NCBI GenBank assembly: GCA_050014495.1 | Contig: JBEKDF010000001.1 | Span: forward strand, 32,001-96,000 | Source: Candidatus Bathyarchaeia archaeon | GTDB lineage: Archaea; Thermoproteota; Bathyarchaeia; TCS64 | Length of the DNA stretch: 64,000 bases | Reading direction: 5' to 3' | Part shown: one piece after another, positions 59,223 to 64,000 of the stretch | Layout of the letters: each line of letters opens with the position of its first letter | Numbering within the stretch: position 1 is the stretch's first letter | Notes under the pieces: model-generated | What the model was told of the DNA's origin: nothing | The model's input: the letters and a program-made list of their open reading frames with translations, nothing else | The model's database searches: none | Program-made: the position numbers and the translations under genes

Positions 59223-59847
59223 TGTAGCGTCCCCTGCGCCTAATATCGTCGGCGCGCTGAAATATCTCCTCGGCTTCAGCGCCCATGATTGCTCGGTAGC
59301 CATCTTTGAATGACTCGAGCAGGGGATCCATGACTGTGTAGTGGGTGCTGGCGAGCATCCTCACCATTAGGTTGAAGTCGACTCCGCGTTTCTCTACCTC
59401 TTTGCTGACCTCGCCAAGGCCGAAGTCTATGAAGACTACACGGTTCCCGGTTTTTATCATGTTACTGGTTGTGAGGTCACCATGGATTATCGAGTAATTG
59501 TGGAGTCTTCCGGCCTCCTCTCCGATTAGGTGAAAGAGGGCGCGATTCTCCTCAAGACTCAACTTGGGGACTACGTCTCTAACCTTCTCCCCCTCAACGA
59601 ACTCCATGACGATGGTGGCGCCCTCAGGGTCGAGCTGGTAGATGAGAGGGGTGGGAACCCCAGCCTCTTTAGCACGGTGTATGAGGTCGGCCTCATGAAG
59701 AGTCCTGTACCTGCGAATATCTCGGTCTATCTGAGGATGTCGATATTTCTTGGCACCGCGGCGCTTGAGGAGGACTTTTCTGCCATTCCAGTCGATATCA
59801 ATGAGGATATCCGCCTCGGCACCCTTTGCGATGAGAGTTAACGCCAA
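59209..59847 (-). CDS. bud32: KEOPS kinase Bud32
   Basis: Motifs GAEA, HGDLTTSN, DFGL and RRGRY. Confidence 0.94.
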   Translation of the reverse strand: MALTLIAKGAEADILIDIDWNGRKVLLKRRGAKKYRHPQIDRDIRRYRTLHEADLIHRAKEAGVPTPLIYQLDPEGATIVMEFVEGEKVRDVVPKLSLEENRALFHLIGEEAGRLHNYSIIHGDLTTSNMIKTGNRVVFIDFGLGEVSKEVEKRGVDFNLMVRMLASTHYTVMDPLLESFKDGYRAIMGAEAEEIFQRADDIRRRGRYIDKD

Positions 59848-60851
59848 GGTATCTCCACCTCATCAAGCCTCCACCTAGGGTCAACGTAACTAGTCTCTAT
59901 GGGGGTCCTTATGCCGTGTGTGAAAGCGAGTATTCCGGTCCATGCTATCATAGCGCCATTATCGGTAGCGAGACTAATGGGGACATAGTAGGGCTGAGCA
60001 CCCTGCTCCTCCGCGATTTCCTTGATGACTCCACGGAGCCTCTTATTGGCGCCGACTCCGCCGGTGAGGAGTAGTTCAGGCTTCTTCGTATGGGCAAGGG
60101 CTCTCTCAGTCACTTCCCCAAGCATTGCATAACCAGTCTCTTGCAGGCTATAACATAGGTCTGGGATACTATGCTTACCAGATTTGAACTCGTTGCTTAC
60201 AGCGGTTAAGAGGCCGCTGAAGCTCATGTCCATCCCCTTGACGGCATAAGGTAAAGGGATTAGCTTCGACCCTTGCTGGGCTAATTTTTCTATGGCGGGG
60301 CCACCTGGGTACTCTAGACCAGCTAGGCGGGCGAAGGTATCGAGGCAGTTCCCAATGGCGATGTCAAGGGTTTCCCCAAAGACGCGATAACGCCCAGACT
60401 CAAAACCAGAAACTATAGTGTTTCCTCCGCTGACATATAGTGTAAGAGGGTCCTTTGCACCTGTGGCAAGGCGCCCAACCTCGATGTGACTTACGCAGTG
60501 GTTAACACCTATTAGGGGTACCTTTAGGTAGCTAGCGAGGGCACGTGCCGATGTTGCGCCTGTGCGTAGGCAGGGGCCTAGGCCAGGGCCTTGAGCGAAT
60601 GATACGAAGTTGATGTCCTTAGCAGTGACCTGCGCCGTTTCAAGCGCAGTTGCAATGACAGCACCAATGTTGTCGGAGTGGTGGCGTGCTGCTTCGCGTG
60701 GGTGGATGCCACCGAGGTCGGGGACATACACCTTCACCTCGTTTGCTAGAATCTCTCCGTCGCTTGATGCTATGCCTACTCCTAGGTTGTCTGCAGTAGA
60801 CTCGATCCCCAGGCAGATTAGTGGATCTATTCCCGCCACCTTCAACTGCAT
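59838..60851 (-). CDS. kae1: tRNA t6A synthase Kae1
   Basis: Motifs LGIESTA, GPGL, NHC..H.E, SGGNT, DIAIGN and DNGAMI. Confidence 0.96.
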   Translation of the reverse strand: MQLKVAGIDPLICLGIESTADNLGVGIASSDGEILANEVKVYVPDLGGIHPREAARHHSDNIGAVIATALETAQVTAKDINFVSFAQGPGLGPCLRTGATSARALASYLKVPLIGVNHCVSHIEVGRLATGAKDPLTLYVSGGNTIVSGFESGRYRVFGETLDIAIGNCLDTFARLAGLEYPGGPAIEKLAQQGSKLIPLPYAVKGMDMSFSGLLTAVSNEFKSGKHSIPDLCYSLQETGYAMLGEVTERALAHTKKPELLLTGGVGANKRLRGVIKEIAEEQGAQPYYVPISLATDNGAMIAWTGILAFTHGIRTPIETSYVDPRWRLDEVEIPWR

Positions 60852-61185
60852 CGTGAGGGATACCGATAAAAACCTTTAGAAAAAGGAGTTCTTTACACCA
60901 GAAGCATTTTTCAAATCAGTAAATGTTTGCTCTCCTGAATAAATAGGAGTAGAATAATCGAGTTTAGAGCTGAGGAGGTGAGGAACCACCAGCTGAGGGC
61001 TAAGAGCCCATCATATCCACCATCCACCGAAGATGGGTGGTCCGATAAGATTGCCTTTAAGAGATCAACCTTAAACCATTATCTGGTGAGACAACAGATA
61101 CCTATCGAAAGCTGTACTGCTCCCAACCATAGTTAAACATTCTTTACATGACTAAAGGTGTGAAAAATCAATGGATGACTATTCA

Positions 61186-61770
61186 CTAGCGCGCGCTCGC
61201 GTCACCACCCACGGAAGCGCTATGCCTCTTCACAATCTCCTCGATTTCCTTCTGCATCCCCGGGTTTTCCTCGATTATCTCGTTGAGCTTGGCGACGTTG
61301 CTTCTCCACATATTTTCAGAAGTGGAGTCCCATTCCCAAGCAAAGTCGAAGAGCTCCATTAAGCTGCGAATCGAGCCCTTCATGGAGTCGAATGCTATCT
61401 CCAAGTTCCTAGCTACCTCCCGGTCCTGGATGAGCATCTCGAGGATCGGGAAGTAGGCGATCCTCGCGTCCCCCCCAATGGTGACTTCAACGCCTGCGTC
61501 GAGAGATCTGATCCGTTCACGAGGGACCCCCATCCCCGAGAGAAACTCGACAGCATTCCCGGTAGCAATCTCCATAACCTCTGGAGGAAGGTACCCGAAG
61601 AACTCACGGTAGACAAGTGAAAAAGAGCCCGAGGGAGCACGCTCCAGCTTAACTTCAAGCCTATCCGGGACGAAGCCTACGCCCTTCCCCACACCATATT
61701 TCTTGAAAACATCGTTGATTTCCTTAAAAAGGAAACCAGCATCCAATCGCCCAGAGATATCCATCGACAC
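61186..61770 (-). CDS. Hypothetical protein
   Basis: Clean ORF of about 190 aa with no recognised motif. Confidence 0.6.
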   Translation of the reverse strand: MSMDISGRLDAGFLFKEINDVFKKYGVGKGVGFVPDRLEVKLERAPSGSFSLVYREFFGYLPPEVMEIATGNAVEFLSGMGVPRERIRSLDAGVEVTIGGDARIAYFPILEMLIQDREVARNLEIAFDSMKGSIRSLMELFDFAWEWDSTSENMWRSNVAKLNEIIEENPGMQKEIEEIVKRHSASVGGDASAR

Positions 61771-61803
61771 GCATACTCTGCAGAGATGATATAAACGAGA
61801 CCC

Positions 61804-62073
61804 CTATTTTGGGAGGGCCATCGTAGCCTTACGGAAATACTTTAGGACATTCATCCCCGACTCTGTAATCTCATATCTTTTGACGTCTCTCTCCTTCCCA
61901 GCCTGCTCCTCATTCTCAGTTATTAAGCCCTGAGTAATGAGATTGTTGAGAATATTTTGAAAAACCTTCCAGGAGAGGTTAGCACTATACATTATCCTCG
62001 TGGGCTTGGCTTCACCTTTCATTATAATCTCGAGGACTTCTATGTATATCTCGACTTTACCTCTCCTAGGCAT
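61804..62073 (-). CDS. Winged helix-turn-helix transcriptional regulator
   Basis: Pattern RR.K.EIY..IL...PTRIMYSANLSW...YEITE.G. Confidence 0.88.
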   Translation of the reverse strand: MPRRGKVEIYIEVLEIIMKGEAKPTRIMYSANLSWKVFQNILNNLITQGLITENEEQAGKERDVKRYEITESGMNVLKYFRKATMALPK

Positions 62074-62565
62074 ATTGAACACATGCTTGATGTGGCGCAA
62101 ACATAAGGTTTTCCCAATCAGCCAATAATATACATATGATTTACCAAATCCATCTGTGCAGATACTCCTGAAACTATTTTTTAAAGGCAGATGGTGGGGT
62201 GACTTGAATACAACAAAAGAATGTGAGAGGAAGGTGGACAAGATGCGCGCGTGACCGACTTATAATCCAGCCAATATGAAGCCCTCATCCTTCGAGGACA
62301 GTATTAGTCAAAAAAATTCAGCATTCAACATTTAGGACCATCTTAAGTAATTATCAGTTGAAGTAGAGGAAGCGACGTAAATCTGTGTTATATCAAGAGG
62401 CTCACCGAAGACTAACTCGCTTAGAATTATGGACCAAAAACCTAACTTCTTGCTTAAAAAAAATGCTTAAAACACGTTAAAAACACAAAAATCTATATAA
62501 AAAATATGAATCAGGGAACCACAACGGCTTTTATCATCAACGTCTTAATGATATCGATCTTAGTA

Positions 62566-63123
62566 ATGTCTCTGAAGGAGAAGATAGACGTCCTTGACTT
62601 CCTCATAAGTATACTAAAGGAGCATGAAGAGAGCTTGTACGAGATAACCCAAAGACTCGAAAAGCTCTCCGAAAGGCTTGAATCGGGAGAGGTCAAGCCA
62701 GAGGATAAAACTCTAATAGAGGAGGCGAAAAGGCAAGCTGAAAATATTGTCTCAGACAAGTCCAGTATCTTGATAGTCGATGACGATGAGTTCCTCACCG
62801 AGACATTCAAGGTCATCCTGGAGACTGTAGGCTATAATGTGGAGATCGCTGCATCGGGTATGCAGGCGATACACAAGACTAAGGACCGGGACTTCGACTT
62901 AATAATTCTGGATATAAAGCTCCCCGACATCAATGGGGACGAAGTTGCCCGCATTATGAAAAAGCAGGGTAAGAAGACGAAGATAGTCATGATAACCGGC
63001 TACGAAAAACTCGCAGAGGGACTTAAAGGTGAGCCAATGGATGTAAAGGAAGTCCTTATGAAGCCTGTAAGTCCGAATAGTCTTCTTACTGTAACTAAGA
63101 AGGTTTTACAAGACAATAAGTAG
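62566..63123 (+). CDS. Response regulator receiver with N-terminal coiled coil
   Basis: Motifs ILIVDDD, LDIKLPD..G, MITGY and KP. Confidence 0.9.
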   Translation: MSLKEKIDVLDFLISILKEHEESLYEITQRLEKLSERLESGEVKPEDKTLIEEAKRQAENIVSDKSSILIVDDDEFLTETFKVILETVGYNVEIAASGMQAIHKTKDRDFDLIILDIKLPDINGDEVARIMKKQGKKTKIVMITGYEKLAEGLKGEPMDVKEVLMKPVSPNSLLTVTKKVLQDNK

Positions 63124-63188
63124 ACATTTTTTTTCACGACGTAACAGGAGAGGGATTTAATCTCTGGATGCAGTTTCTGTTTATTGAA

Positions 63189-63782
63189 TTGGGCGAGAGA
63201 TCAATTATCGCTAGGGAAGCGGCGAGACTTCTGTACATAGGAGCAGCTGAGGAGTACATACAAGCAAAGGGGATGGCTGCCTCGAGTCTCGGGATGAGGT
63301 CGATACCTAGTAATTTTGAGGTTGCTGTGGAGCTTGATCGTCTCGCTGATGAAGCAGAGGGAGGGGAGAGACAGAAGCGCCTCGAGGAGATGAGGAAAAT
63401 TTCCCTTAGAGTGATGAGGGATCTAAGTTCTTTCTCTCCTCGCCTCATCGGGAGCGTCTGGAGGGGAACTGCCCGAAAGGGGAGCGACATAGACATAGTT
63501 GCCCTCGCTCGGAGCCCTCTTGATGTCGAGAACTCCCTAAAGGAGTATAGGATCAAGGAGAAGGGGGAGGTCAATTTCAAGAATGGCGTTTATGCCTACC
63601 ATTTCAAGTTGGAGGTCGGGGAAGATGAAGTGGAGGTCGTTGTCAGAGATCCCGCTGGATATACGGAGAACCGTTGCGATATTTATGGTGACATTAAACG
63701 TGGTATCATGCTCCCGGAGCTGGAAAGACTTTTGAGAGTTAACCCATTAAGAAGATTCGTCCCTCGGAGGCGCTCTAGCTGA
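63189..63782 (+). CDS. Nucleotidyltransferase (Pol-beta fold) domain protein
   Basis: Motif LIGSVWRG....SDIDI. Confidence 0.85.
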   Translation: MGERSIIAREAARLLYIGAAEEYIQAKGMAASSLGMRSIPSNFEVAVELDRLADEAEGGERQKRLEEMRKISLRVMRDLSSFSPRLIGSVWRGTARKGSDIDIVALARSPLDVENSLKEYRIKEKGEVNFKNGVYAYHFKLEVGEDEVEVVVRDPAGYTENRCDIYGDIKRGIMLPELERLLRVNPLRRFVPRRRSS

Positions 63783-64000
63783 ATCTATTCGGTTCTTCAG
63801 GAATACGTGGTGTCACAAACACCGAGATCACCCCAATATTAGCCCAGAAGCTTGGGTCAGCCCTCGCCACAATCCATGAAGGGGGGGAGTTCGTCGTGGG
63901 AAGAGACGCCCGAATCACTTCTCCTATGCTCGAGGCAGCGCTATCCGCTGGTATCACAGCCTGCGGTGGAGATGTGAAGCTCGTCGGCTTGCTACCTACA
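63779..64000 (+). CDS. Phosphoglucosamine mutase / phosphomannomutase family (5' part, runs off the window)
   Basis: Translation NLFGSSGIRG...VVGRDARITS.ML...GLLPT. Probable CTG start. Confidence 0.88.
   Translation, partial: MNLFGSSGIRGVTNTEITPILAQKLGSALATIHEGGEFVVGRDARITSPMLEAALSAGITACGGDVKLVGLLPT

Noticed and set aside
60969..61000. Hammerhead ribozyme suggested by CTGAGGA plus a stem
   Set aside because: The required GAAA does not follow stem II.
63189..63782. MNT-HEPN toxin-antitoxin system
   Set aside because: No adjacent HEPN gene. The protein is longer than a minimal MNT and is coupled to a housekeeping mutase.
1..64000. CRISPR arrays, rRNA, transposases, integrases, inteins
   Set aside because: No periodic repeats or corresponding motifs were seen on either strand, and the Lhr and LeuS lengths leave no room for inteins.

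Overview
Gene-dense archaeal chromosomal segment. The lineage is probably TACK, most likely Bathyarchaeia, inferred from gene content and protein style and not from a database search. It carries tRNA-Ala(TGC), galK/galM and purD. Translation genes include uS10, EF-1alpha, uS12, uS7, the eS19 to uL10 block, P1/L12, AlaRS, LeuS, ProRS, eS1, uS15, KEOPS, trm1 and rlmE. Many amino-acid, peptide and nucleoside catabolic enzymes are interspersed. No CRISPR array, rRNA or transposase was seen. Main observations: (1) an argG-like/argH-like/thrC-like operon in which both Arg-pathway paralogues have lost the conserved aspartate-binding motifs, next to equally re-tuned isoaspartyl-dipeptidase-like and amidinotransferase-fold genes, which together form a candidate undescribed guanidino/ureido pathway; (2) a short bacterial-type AlaRS between rpl12 and leuS, followed by a decayed C-Ala remnant, consistent with in situ xenologous replacement; (3) an intergenic multi-hairpin candidate ncRNA at about 38.3 kb; (4) no aIF6 gene at its usual position, rearranged ribosomal operons, a homopolymer-frameshifted dehydratase, an internally deleted S9 peptidase and a probable CTG start codon.
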